Source: a virus. From it: a DNA stretch of 64,000 bases. The DNA lies in the IMG/VR virus record IMGVR_UViG_3300046786_000686, positions 1-64,000 of that record. The stretch is one strand, 5' to 3'. The notes beneath the pieces were generated by a model. That model had not been told where the DNA came from. It did no database searches and saw only the letters and a list, made by a program, of their open reading frames with translations. Positions 35,594 to 46,051 of this stretch are shown piece by piece; within the stretch, counting starts at the first letter, position 1; every line of letters begins with the position of its first letter. Position numbers and translations under genes: made by a program.

Positions 35594-38017
35594 ATGGAGT
35601 CCAAGAGAGTCATAAAGTTATCGGCGTACCCGCAAGAAAAAGCCATTAGAGCAGGTGAGTTTTCATTAATGCCCTCTAATCCAGCACTTCCTGCAATTGT
35701 ATCTCAGCCAATACAAAACTTTCAGCAGTATACGTGGATTATGGGAGATGATAATGGTACTCCAAAATACCAACAAATCACACCAAACTATAGTACAATT
35801 AATTTGATTGAAGGTACATCATTCAGCTTCGAAGTTAGAGCTATTGATCCATCCAATGTATCAGATATAAACAACACTAGCAACCTTCTATTTTTATGGA
35901 AAAGGGATGATGCGCCGGTGTTTGAGCTTAATAGATTAAATGGTGGAGTAGGTACTCCTGCTGCCATGATCGAATCGAAGGATAGTAATATAACACTGAC
36001 CGGTCGTTATTTGTGTGAAGTATCAAATAACTACGGTTCAGTAGAATCACAAGCGTTTACATTAAACGTAATTGATCCATACAAACACCCTAAGCTATAC
36101 AAAAACCTAGTAATTAATGGTGATGGTGAGGGTGGTTTACAAAATTGGGAAGGTTCCGAGATTAAAGTCAATCCATTTCTAAACGACGTATCAATCACTA
36201 AAGGTTTTGGATCTTTTAGAATGGGTAACTTTTCAATGTTAGATCAAAACAAAGATGTAACTGGAACACCACCAGTAGGGTTTTATTTTAGTTTGGCTGG
36301 TCATGGTGGATTATTCTATAACCACTACAAAAAGCGTCTAGATGCAGATCCAACATTTTCAAGCATAGATGTGCTATCTAAATCTCGTGACGTATTATCA
36401 GAATTTGATAGATGGGTTTCGGAAGGAATACCACCACAAATTATACCAAACGAAGACTTCAATCAAGCACCGTATGCAGCATTCTTTCCAGGCATAGCTT
36501 GGATGGATAGATACAACAAGAATACAGGTAGCAATCTGATCGGATTGCAGTCAGAGTTCAAAAATCACACCCCAACATACTTCACAAGAGATAAGATCAA
36601 ATTCTTAAAGGTGGGTGGATTAGCCACAGCTCGAATGAGTCAGGTTGTTGATATTAGTGAGGCATCAGAATTGGTTGATGGCAATGTATATGGAGTTAAC
36701 CAAATCGTATCACAGTTTTTTGCTTATGTTGGTGTTGGTATAAGTAACTACACAATAAAAGTACAAACTACAGATGGTCCAAAAACGCTAAACTACTACG
36801 TAGCGGATTCTGAAGAGGTCTACACTAGAGTTGTAGGTTCTGATAATGCAGCTGTTACGGCACCTAAGGATGATGATAGAGCTAAGAAGCTCAAATCACC
36901 AGGACATTTGTATACGCTACTACCAAACACACCAATCGAAGTAGTACCACATTGCTACGATAAAACACAAATTACACTTGAGTATGTTGGTGCTAATAAC
37001 AGTGTGTTGAAAGTACAAGAGGTTAATGGTCCTCGAGAGAGGGATATATGGGCTGTAAAAGAGAAGGTGTTTTTTCCACTAACTTTGTATGGATTGTATG
37101 AGTACATTAATCCAAGTAGTACGGGTAACGATATTACTGTATTTGGTCAAAAATACACAAACACTAATGATATCAAAGTGATGTTTGATAGATCAAACGC
37201 ACAAACAGAATTATTCTTACACCCATCAAAAAAGACCTTCACAAAGGCTACGCTGAAAGATGTTGCAGCTAGATTCTTATTAAATAAATGGGACTTTGAG
37301 ACATGGCAAAATGCATACCCTGGACCAATTTGGTTTGCTAACAATAAACGATACAAAGCTGCAAACGATTTTGGCGCAGCTGCAATGTTTGGTGTGGGAG
37401 CTGATACAGTAGTGCCACGAGGTACAAGATCAATTCGAATCTCTGTAGCTTTTGATCACACATCACCAGTAATAACGGATAATGATCCGGCATCTAAAGG
37501 ATGGAAGAGTGATTATATTTATGTTGATGATTTTGGTAATCACAACTCAACTAGCATAAGAACTACCGAATATGGAAATCCTAGATGTGGTATTACAAAG
37601 ATTAAACTACAGCTGTTCCCAAATAAAGTAGAGGTTAGTGATAAGTCGCTATCATATAGCATACCACCAACACAAGCTACAGTACTAGGTTTGCAAAAAC
37701 AATTATACCAAGATCCATCAGCATTCAACACTGGTGATGCCGAAGGTTTCCAGTATAGAATACTGCTACCAAAACAACTTCCAGCAGCAGATACTCAACC
37801 AGACACATTGATGACTTTGAAATCATACAACACATACATAAATAAAGTTATGGAAGATGCGTCAAAAGCATCAACTCAATATCCTGATGGTGTACCAGAT
37901 GAAGTTATCCCAACAACAGATGAGATTACAGCACAGGAAGATGATCACTATACGACTGGAGACTTTAACCAATCTTTAGAGATTTCAGAAGATCAGATTG
38001 ATCCTGGTATGGAGTAA
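35594..38017 (+). CDS. Ig-like domain virion protein, paralog of 32463
   Basis: FLWKRDD..TGRYLCEVSNNYGSVES; KNLVINGDGEGGLQNW; YFTR.K.KF...GG shared. Confidence 0.7.
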   Translation: MESKRVIKLSAYPQEKAIRAGEFSLMPSNPALPAIVSQPIQNFQQYTWIMGDDNGTPKYQQITPNYSTINLIEGTSFSFEVRAIDPSNVSDINNTSNLLFLWKRDDAPVFELNRLNGGVGTPAAMIESKDSNITLTGRYLCEVSNNYGSVESQAFTLNVIDPYKHPKLYKNLVINGDGEGGLQNWEGSEIKVNPFLNDVSITKGFGSFRMGNFSMLDQNKDVTGTPPVGFYFSLAGHGGLFYNHYKKRLDADPTFSSIDVLSKSRDVLSEFDRWVSEGIPPQIIPNEDFNQAPYAAFFPGIAWMDRYNKNTGSNLIGLQSEFKNHTPTYFTRDKIKFLKVGGLATARMSQVVDISEASELVDGNVYGVNQIVSQFFAYVGVGISNYTIKVQTTDGPKTLNYYVADSEEVYTRVVGSDNAAVTAPKDDDRAKKLKSPGHLYTLLPNTPIEVVPHCYDKTQITLEYVGANNSVLKVQEVNGPRERDIWAVKEKVFFPLTLYGLYEYINPSSTGNDITVFGQKYTNTNDIKVMFDRSNAQTELFLHPSKKTFTKATLKDVAARFLLNKWDFETWQNAYPGPIWFANNKRYKAANDFGAAAMFGVGADTVVPRGTRSIRISVAFDHTSPVITDNDPASKGWKSDYIYVDDFGNHNSTSIRTTEYGNPRCGITKIKLQLFPNKVEVSDKSLSYSIPPTQATVLGLQKQLYQDPSAFNTGDAEGFQYRILLPKQLPAADTQPDTLMTLKSYNTYINKVMEDASKASTQYPDGVPDEVIPTTDEITAQEDDHYTTGDFNQSLEISEDQIDPGME

Positions 38018-38051
38018 GAACTCAAACGCTTCATATTTATATTAAAATCGC

Positions 38052-41000
38052 GTGGCTAATAAGAACATACTTAATCTAAACACTAAGGATTTGAGTACCT
38101 CTTTTGAAGGTAGCTCAAACGCATTACCAGCTGCTATTAAGCAGACGGTACTCAAAAGTGTTGAAGATATTAATCACGAGGAGTCTACGATTCCGCTTGC
38201 AGTTAAACAATTGCAAGTAGATCCAACACAAACATCAGTACCTGCGTTTGGTAACTATACAAACCCAATTCAAGCTTATCCAAATGATGTGGTAAGATTG
38301 GATATTGTAAACGCCAATAATCAATACCTAGAGTCTAATTTTAGAGTAACAACATTCAATAAGAATGGTGATGAGATTACGTTGGATCCAGAAAAGGATT
38401 TAGCTGATTTAGGTTACATCTCTGGTAAGTATAGAATACTGTACAAGTTTCATCGTAACTACCTTGGAGCAGGTGATGCTCATAAATTGCAAGTACAAGA
38501 GGTTAGTTCAGATGGTTTAGAGATTAGGGTTATTCCGTCTCTGTCGACTAATCTTGACAATACCAATTTCTTAGAACAATTCTCTAGAAAGTTCTTCGAG
38601 CTTCCAAAAGCTCAAGTGCTTCCGCAACTATTTTTAAGTAAGGATGCAAACACTTCAATGCAGGTGTTTGATTATGTTCAAGATAAGTTTACTTACAGTG
38701 CTAGTCCTTACAGCATTATTTTCAAATTAAACACTCCAGCACCAAATGGAGTTGTTGTTGGTGATAGTTTATGGTTAAGTCAAGTTGTTAGCGAGGATCT
38801 TCCTGCTGACACAATCACCATTGTACCACCAAAGCCAAAAACAAATAAGACATACATTGCTGGGCCTAACTGGGACGCTGTTAACAGAGACCAGACAGCT
38901 ACATCAACACAATATAAGGATTGGGACGACTTATTAACAACAAACACAACTACCGCACAGGATATTGTGAACAAGTTGATAAGTGGGTCAAATATCGAAG
39001 GCATTGCTCTAAATTTAGATTACCGTAAGTTTGAAAACCACATCCAATTTGGATCAGCAACTGAACGCTTGCTGAATTTCAAATACAAGATGCAGTTATT
39101 GGAAAGCTACGATGAAAGGTTAGCATTTCTAAACACAAACTTGACAGTAACTGGTAGTGGATACCATCAAAATAATATAGCAGACACTGAAGCTAAAAAG
39201 GCTGCTCTACTAGGAGCCTTTGACAACTACGAAAAGTATTTGTATTATCAGTCTTCGAGCTATGTTAGCAACAGCTATGGTGAGTTTTACCCATCAACAT
39301 GGCCAAAACAGAATAGCAGTAAACCGTATGTAAACTACTCAGTAACCTCATCTCAAGTAGAAATTTGGTTTGAAGGAATCTATGCATCTGCTAGTTTATA
39401 TGACCAAAATAATAGTAATGCGCTTTACAAGTTAATCCCAGCGCATATTCTAGAAGACACTTCTAACGAAGAGTATGTGTTATTTACGCATATGATCGGA
39501 CACTACTTTGATTTGGTGTTTGCATACGTTAAGGAGATGACTAAAGTGTACAACCGAGATCAATCCATTTTAGAAGGCTTTAGTAAGGAGTTAGTTTATC
39601 ATGTTGCTAAAAACTTGGGTGTAGATTTTGAAAATGGTAATACACTAGAGGAGTTGTGGAGTTATACGCTAGGAACAGACGTGTCTGGCTCACAATCCTC
39701 TGCTTATGGAATCTCCACAGAAGACAAGACAAAAGAGACCTGGAAGCGCATCATTAACAACTTACCATACCTACTAAAAACAAAAGGTACTGAGAGAGGT
39801 GTTAGAGCATTAATTAACTGTTTTGGTATTCCACAAACTATTCTGAGAATTAGAGAATACGGCGGAGCTGAACCAGAATTTGATACAAAGACCGATTGGG
39901 TTTATGAGCGTTTCAATTATTCGACTACGGTAGGATATAATGGCAAAACCTCTGGTAACGTATTTAATACAATTCGCATTCCTTGGAAAACCAACCCATT
40001 CACAACAACATATCCACAAACAGTGGAGATGCGTGTTAAGATGGCTACAAACCAAACTAAGACACAAAAACTCGCAGAAAAGTCTGGTTCTTGGTATGTA
40101 CAAGCCTCTAAGAGTGGTAACAGCCAATATCTAACTCTATTCTTAGGAAACAACGGAGGTACTACATCAAGCTACATTGCTTCTACGGCATGGACTTCGG
40201 CAAGTGTTAGTTGTTCCATTTATGATGGTGATTGGCATCACATAGCAATTCGTAGAGAGGTTGAGTCAGATAACGACCCAACAAATCAAGTATATACTTT
40301 GGTTGTCAAAAAAGCAAACAACCAAAAAATAGTCTTTTCACAATCTGCAAGTATTAGTATTAATGGTGCAACAAGCCAATCATACAATCAAGCTTGGACG
40401 TACTACACATCAACATTTGGGGCTGTTAACAACTATATGTACATTCCAGCTACTGGGTCATACACAGCTGCACAATCTCATTCAGCAGCTTTATGGACTG
40501 GTAGTATTCAAGAAGTGCGTTTTTGGACAACTCCACTGCAAGATGGTATTTTAGATAACCACACATTAGCACCTACGAGTTTCCAAGGAAATACAGTGGA
40601 TGTTTATACTGGAAGTACTTCAAGTTTTGATACTCTTTATTATCGATTACCATTAGGATCCGATAACAACAAACTAACTCCATTAACTGGTAGTGATTTG
40701 TTGTATGTATCATCTTCACACCCAAATCAAGCAATACAATATTCTTCTAGTTTGGGTGAGACAGCTTTCCTAAACTTTAGTGGATCCACACTTACAGCAA
40801 TATACAAACCAGAGACTGAGATTCATTCACTTGAGTGGCCAGATCTAGGAACCAATAGACAGATTGGTAATAAGATTCGTATTGACGAGACAATTTTAGT
40901 AAGTGATCAGCTATATAAAGATAATCGTGTAGAGCGTGCATTAACTGACAACTTCCCAATTGATACACCTAGACTTGGTGTTTACTTATCACCAACAAAC

Positions 41001-42674
41001 GAAGTCAATCAAGACATTGCTGAGCAATTTGGTGGTATTAGTATTGACGATTATATTGGAGATCCTTCTCAGTTATCAGCAGAAAGCTATAACGATCTTA
41101 TTAATTTGAATAGAGCGTACACTAAAAAGTACGTTAAAATAAACAAAACACAAAACTACATCAGACTGCTAAGACACTACGATGCGGCTTTGTTCCAACT
41201 TGTTAAAAAGTTCATACCACACAGAGCTAATGCTCAGGTTGGATTGGTGATTGAACCACACATTCTTTCAAGAAGTAAAGTTCCTACCAAGCTACCAACC
41301 ATTGAAGAAGAGACTTACGAAACTACACTAGATGTAGGACCAGAAACTTACATCACACCTGGTGGATTTGTTCAAGATGGTGATGGTGAACCATTCCGTA
41401 ATATGGAAGGTTATGTGCAAGAGGGTACTGTTGGAGGTGATGAGTCAGACTTCTTAGTGGTACAAGGTGAAGCACCTGCAATCCTAGAAGGACCAGCCTA
41501 CACACCAGGTATTGATGGGGTAATTCCAGAAATGGATACAACAGCTTATGATATGGTTGTGATTGATGGTACGCAGATTGTATCACCACTAAAACCAAGA
41601 GGTTATGCTGAAGTATACTTGAAAAATGTGACTGGTCAGGATGTTGCAGGATTACAAACTATACAAACCTCAGAAACACCCACTGGTGCATCTAATACTG
41701 GTGTAACAGCTTATGGTAGAGATGTCAGAGTTCAAGGATCACAATACGTGTTTATGAGCTCTTATTTGAGTAGTAGTGGTCAATGGACTCCATACACAAG
41801 TAGCCGTTACGATTATCATGATCCAATTGGAGTAATGATATATGGCAATACGCCAAGTGATATTTCACTACGTTCCGAACAGATGTACGATTGTGACATT
41901 TATGGCGGTAAAGCCTTTTCGGATCACACAGTGTTTTCAAGCACAGCAACTAGCACAACAGTAACAACGATTACTTCAAGTGCTGCATGGACTGAAAACG
42001 CATGGTTGAGAGAGTATGGATTACAGCCAATGTCTCTCTACTCATCATCAACTGCATTAGACCCAGTGACTGGCTCAATATCCACAGGATACTGGACTCT
42101 CAGTGGTTTAGGTGCATTAGCGCCAGGTTTAGGCTTTAAGACAGTAGCTGCAACGGCAGTGCCTGTGACAGCTTCCATAAGAATACCAGCATTCTTCTAT
42201 AAGGCTGATGATAGTGTGAGTAAAGATTTAATATACCAAATTACAATCTCTACTGACGAAGTTACCTCAACAACAAACACACTAGAATTACATTTTGGAG
42301 ACTTGGATTGTGGATTAACTGGTTCTATATCACCAACAACTACGCAGACCGAAGTCACCTTTACAACTAAGGCTTTAGGACCTTGGTTAGGTTTGAGATT
42401 GTACTCGGTTGGAATCCCTGCTAATAACACTGCCTTTATACCAACATTAAAAGTCAGATGTCTAAATTACCACGCTGAAGTTCAAGATTTTCACTTACGC
42501 CATAGTTATGGTATGAGGACTGTTCGATATGATGGTAGTAAATTAACATCAACAGACTGGAATGTAAATAGCCCAGATACGATCGATGGAGGTCCGGTAG
42601 TTCAAGTGACAGTAGGAGGTGGAAAACAACTTGGAGTTAAACCAAGCACAAAAGGAACTTTCGAAATAAAATAA
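38052..42674 (+). CDS. Large baseplate/tail protein with a LamG-like domain (GTG start)
   Basis: LPYLLKTKGTERGVRALI; DGDWHHIAI..GSIQEVRFW; TATTTAT at 38034-38040. Confidence 0.7.
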   Translation: MANKNILNLNTKDLSTSFEGSSNALPAAIKQTVLKSVEDINHEESTIPLAVKQLQVDPTQTSVPAFGNYTNPIQAYPNDVVRLDIVNANNQYLESNFRVTTFNKNGDEITLDPEKDLADLGYISGKYRILYKFHRNYLGAGDAHKLQVQEVSSDGLEIRVIPSLSTNLDNTNFLEQFSRKFFELPKAQVLPQLFLSKDANTSMQVFDYVQDKFTYSASPYSIIFKLNTPAPNGVVVGDSLWLSQVVSEDLPADTITIVPPKPKTNKTYIAGPNWDAVNRDQTATSTQYKDWDDLLTTNTTTAQDIVNKLISGSNIEGIALNLDYRKFENHIQFGSATERLLNFKYKMQLLESYDERLAFLNTNLTVTGSGYHQNNIADTEAKKAALLGAFDNYEKYLYYQSSSYVSNSYGEFYPSTWPKQNSSKPYVNYSVTSSQVEIWFEGIYASASLYDQNNSNALYKLIPAHILEDTSNEEYVLFTHMIGHYFDLVFAYVKEMTKVYNRDQSILEGFSKELVYHVAKNLGVDFENGNTLEELWSYTLGTDVSGSQSSAYGISTEDKTKETWKRIINNLPYLLKTKGTERGVRALINCFGIPQTILRIREYGGAEPEFDTKTDWVYERFNYSTTVGYNGKTSGNVFNTIRIPWKTNPFTTTYPQTVEMRVKMATNQTKTQKLAEKSGSWYVQASKSGNSQYLTLFLGNNGGTTSSYIASTAWTSASVSCSIYDGDWHHIAIRREVESDNDPTNQVYTLVVKKANNQKIVFSQSASISINGATSQSYNQAWTYYTSTFGAVNNYMYIPATGSYTAAQSHSAALWTGSIQEVRFWTTPLQDGILDNHTLAPTSFQGNTVDVYTGSTSSFDTLYYRLPLGSDNNKLTPLTGSDLLYVSSSHPNQAIQYSSSLGETAFLNFSGSTLTAIYKPETEIHSLEWPDLGTNRQIGNKIRIDETILVSDQLYKDNRVERALTDNFPIDTPRLGVYLSPTNEVNQDIAEQFGGISIDDYIGDPSQLSAESYNDLINLNRAYTKKYVKINKTQNYIRLLRHYDAALFQLVKKFIPHRANAQVGLVIEPHILSRSKVPTKLPTIEEETYETTLDVGPETYITPGGFVQDGDGEPFRNMEGYVQEGTVGGDESDFLVVQGEAPAILEGPAYTPGIDGVIPEMDTTAYDMVVIDGTQIVSPLKPRGYAEVYLKNVTGQDVAGLQTIQTSETPTGASNTGVTAYGRDVRVQGSQYVFMSSYLSSSGQWTPYTSSRYDYHDPIGVMIYGNTPSDISLRSEQMYDCDIYGGKAFSDHTVFSSTATSTTVTTITSSAAWTENAWLREYGLQPMSLYSSSTALDPVTGSISTGYWTLSGLGALAPGLGFKTVAATAVPVTASIRIPAFFYKADDSVSKDLIYQITISTDEVTSTTNTLELHFGDLDCGLTGSISPTTTQTEVTFTTKALGPWLGLRLYSVGIPANNTAFIPTLKVRCLNYHAEVQDFHLRHSYGMRTVRYDGSKLTSTDWNVNSPDTIDGGPVVQVTVGGGKQLGVKPSTKGTFEIK

Positions 42675-42715
42675 GATTTACAAAACGAGACATATTTATA
42701 TAAAAACAACTAGAA

Positions 42716-43468
42716 ATGGGATACTTAGATAACTCAACCGTCACAGTAGACGCGATTCTTACAAACAAGGGTCGTGAAATCCTTGCAGGTGGTGGTAAAC
42801 TGAACATCACAAAGTTTGCTCTATCTGATGATGAGATCGACTATGATTTATGGAACCCAGCTCACACATTAGGATCAAACTATTATGGAGCTGTAATTGA
42901 AAACATGCCAGTATTGGAGGCATTACCAGATGAATCACAAATGTTACGCTACAAATTGGTAACACTACCAAAAGACGTAATTGGTATTCCGGTAATCAGC
43001 GTATCTCCTGCTGCAGTTAGCTTCACATCATTGAAACAAGAAATTGTTGTTAGTCCCGCAACACTCAACTTGGCTGGTGGTAATGACTCTTTAGGATACA
43101 CAGCAATTTTATCAGATGATACAGTTGCATCTCTAGAAGTTGCAGCTGACGGTGGTGTTTCTAAAGTACCACAAAACACTTCACCAATCGGAGTTAACCC
43201 AATGTCAATTGCAGAACAAGCAAATGCAACTGGTGTAACAAGCTTCCTAGATGATGAAGTGACGAGTGTAACAACAGCAGGTAAAACAATCGTTAAGGTT
43301 GGTAAGAAATTTGTATTGAAACCTAAAGCTCAAGCAAACTTAACAACAATCAAACGTTGCTTACTAACAATTATTGGTAACGAAACTGGTGGATTCAAAA
43401 CTGTATCTGTGAGTGTAGATCCTACTAACTTCGCAGCATTAGACATCACAGCAGCTTTAGTAAAATAA
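42716..43468 (+). CDS. Virion structural protein
   Basis: DAILTNKGREILA..ITKFALSDDEIDY; late motif at 42693-42699. Confidence 0.65.
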   Translation: MGYLDNSTVTVDAILTNKGREILAGGGKLNITKFALSDDEIDYDLWNPAHTLGSNYYGAVIENMPVLEALPDESQMLRYKLVTLPKDVIGIPVISVSPAAVSFTSLKQEIVVSPATLNLAGGNDSLGYTAILSDDTVASLEVAADGGVSKVPQNTSPIGVNPMSIAEQANATGVTSFLDDEVTSVTTAGKTIVKVGKKFVLKPKAQANLTTIKRCLLTIIGNETGGFKTVSVSVDPTNFAALDITAALVK

Positions 43469-43479
43469 AATAAAGGATA

Positions 43480-44541
43480 ATGGCAGAAATATATAAGCTC
43501 TTCACAGCAGACGACATCGTACCTGGAGACGTACAAACAATTTCACAACCGGTGTGGTCGGAGAATATCAACCCACTATCAGCTTCAGCTGCGTATAGTG
43601 GTGTTGGTTACTATACGTCATCAACCCAAGTGTCTCAATCAGGTAATTACTATGTAAACGTATACCACCGTAATCCTAATGACTCAGCGGTAGCAAATGA
43701 AGAAATTCAATTTGCAGTAGCTTATGGTCATAGATTTGGTAGTGGTTCACAAGGAGATGCAAACACAGTAGGACAAAACTCAAACGATACACCATCAAGA
43801 GCAATCTACTCTCAATATCGTAACATGCTTCTTCCTCCAACGGATCAAGTATTTACAATCAATGGTGCATCAGCAAACGAAATTATTGCAATCAACGTAG
43901 CACGCTCACGTTTCCGTCAAAAAATTGATCCAGGAAACTGGACATTGAGAATTGCATCAGGTTCTTCTTGGGCAACAGCAGGAGCAACTAGCTTCTTAAC
44001 ATTTACAGATGCTAGTGGTCAAGGTGAATCACCAACAGTAAATGAAGCAGGCCGTGTCTTTGGTATCTATTCAGGATCCGGAGGTGTAACAGCTTCTAAC
44101 ACTCAATATGGACTATTCTATCCAGACCAAGGTGTATTGATTTTTGACGCTGGTAAACTTCGTGCAACTGGTCCAACTGGTTGTGGATTACCATTCAACA
44201 GTGCATCAAACACAACAAACGCAAAGAACCATGTTACAGCTTCGATGGCAATCTCTTCTTCTAACTACTTTGCAGCTCGCTCTGAAGAAAAGGTGACATC
44301 TACACACTACTTTGTTCGTGTAACCAATAAACAATTCAACTTCTCAAACAATCCAACATTCGTGACTGGAAGTACTGGTACGTTCTTACATGCAAGCATG
44401 TTACGTAACCCAAGTGTTTACGTTACTACAATTGGTTTGTATGACGATAGAAACCGTTTAGTAGCAGTTGCTAAGCTAAGTCGTCCACTATTGAAGTCAT
44501 TCAATCGTGAGGCACTAATCAAAGTAAAACTAGATTACTAA
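43480..44541 (+). CDS. Tail/baseplate structural protein
   Basis: C-terminal YVTTIGLYDD..LVAVAKLSRP, also present in 46048. Confidence 0.65.
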   Translation: MAEIYKLFTADDIVPGDVQTISQPVWSENINPLSASAAYSGVGYYTSSTQVSQSGNYYVNVYHRNPNDSAVANEEIQFAVAYGHRFGSGSQGDANTVGQNSNDTPSRAIYSQYRNMLLPPTDQVFTINGASANEIIAINVARSRFRQKIDPGNWTLRIASGSSWATAGATSFLTFTDASGQGESPTVNEAGRVFGIYSGSGGVTASNTQYGLFYPDQGVLIFDAGKLRATGPTGCGLPFNSASNTTNAKNHVTASMAISSSNYFAARSEEKVTSTHYFVRVTNKQFNFSNNPTFVTGSTGTFLHASMLRNPSVYVTTIGLYDDRNRLVAVAKLSRPLLKSFNREALIKVKLDY

Positions 44542-44563
44542 TCTAATTCAACCTTAATACAAC

Positions 44564-44598
44564 GGAACCCTTCACAATAGTGAGGGGTTTCCTTTTTT
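44564..44598 (+). terminator. Rho-independent terminator
   Basis: GGAACCCTTCAC-AATA-GTGAGGGGTTTCC + T6. Confidence 0.85.
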
Positions 44599-44614
44599 GA
44601 CATATTTATATACA

Positions 44615-46051
44615 ATGGCAGGAGTATTTAAGAGTTTAGACAAGAGTGATGTACGGATAACACCTTTCCGTACGCACAAGCTGTGGTCAGAGGATATTGA
44701 AACAACAACCCCAATCACAAATCCAAACGGATATACGATACACACATCTAGCATAAGCAATGTTCAATATCCGTATAGACATAGAAAAGATGGTGGTGCA
44801 AGACTTTATGCTCTGGATGATATTGACAATATCTTATCAATCCAAACAAGCACTAATCAAATTTTAGGTGCAACCCCACAACCCATAGTCAGAAACATCA
44901 ACTACCTTACGGGTACTAATGTATACCAGCAAGCAAGTGGTTTTCAAAAATCAAACCAGTATATAGATGATACAAATTACCCTAGTGAGTTTAAGATTTT
45001 AAGCTATAGTACGGATTTTGACACTCAATATGGATTCAATTCAACAACCGGATTAACAACACCAACAGTACCTAGTGATGAGGTAATTAACCGCATCGAC
45101 TATCACGGTCATAGTGGTGGATTAGGTCCACTAGCAACAATCTATATTAGCACAAATTGGCGATTTATGTATGTGCAACTCGATGCAAACCATCAAGTGA
45201 GCGCTTTTAGTACAATAATCAACTACAGTAACCAGCTTAGCTTTATGAGATTTATAGCTAAAGGCAACACTACTGGTTTTGTTGTAGCTTACGATCGACC
45301 AACTCAGAAATATGTGCTGTTGGCAACTACAAATCAATCAACACTACCTACAACTGTTCTTGCAAGCATTACACCATCTTTTTGGAATGAAGACCTGAGA
45401 ATAAAACACTTGGCTTGCAATCGAGCTACAAATACAGTATTTTTTATTACAAAGAGTATCTCAAACAATGATTCAAGTCCATTATATACAATGGCTAGTA
45501 CTGGTTACTCAAGTACGCTAAACGACAATTTTGTAGCGGTGTTGAGTGATATAAGTACTTGGGAGAGTTTCAACTTCAGAAGTCAGACAAGCCAAACAAT
45601 CCACGGTGTAACAGCTCAAGGGTTGATCTATAAGAATCTAGTAAACAACTCTGGAGTGTTAGGCTATGAGGTGTTAGATTTAAGACAGTACGTTGGTGAT
45701 GGTAATGAGGTGATTGACGCTATCATAACAGCAGATAATGATTCATTACAAACACCAGATGTTCCTAGAACAATAACAATGCTTGTGAAGCCAATAACTT
45801 CAACATCGGGTGCACATCAGCTAGTAACTGTAAATTTAAGCACAAACGAGGTTTACGATCCAATCCATCTAGGAGCAATTCCAGAGGGATACTTTTATGG
45901 TGATGCTCAGGCTAGTCTAACTTTCTCTCTAGGTGTTAACAACTTGGTAGCCAATGGAAAGACTGTACTTGGAGTTAGTGGTCTAAGCTATTTAGATGTA
46001 GAAACGGGTTCAGAGTACGCTAAACTACACACATTCAACCCAAATATATGA
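44615..46051 (+). CDS. Virion protein, S/T/N-rich beta-structured (start revised to ATG 44615)
   Basis: TATTTAT at 44603-44609 precedes MAGVFKSL. Confidence 0.6.
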   Translation: MAGVFKSLDKSDVRITPFRTHKLWSEDIETTTPITNPNGYTIHTSSISNVQYPYRHRKDGGARLYALDDIDNILSIQTSTNQILGATPQPIVRNINYLTGTNVYQQASGFQKSNQYIDDTNYPSEFKILSYSTDFDTQYGFNSTTGLTTPTVPSDEVINRIDYHGHSGGLGPLATIYISTNWRFMYVQLDANHQVSAFSTIINYSNQLSFMRFIAKGNTTGFVVAYDRPTQKYVLLATTNQSTLPTTVLASITPSFWNEDLRIKHLACNRATNTVFFITKSISNNDSSPLYTMASTGYSSTLNDNFVAVLSDISTWESFNFRSQTSQTIHGVTAQGLIYKNLVNNSGVLGYEVLDLRQYVGDGNEVIDAIITADNDSLQTPDVPRTITMLVKPITSTSGAHQLVTVNLSTNEVYDPIHLGAIPEGYFYGDAQASLTFSLGVNNLVANGKTVLGVSGLSYLDVETGSEYAKLHTFNPNI

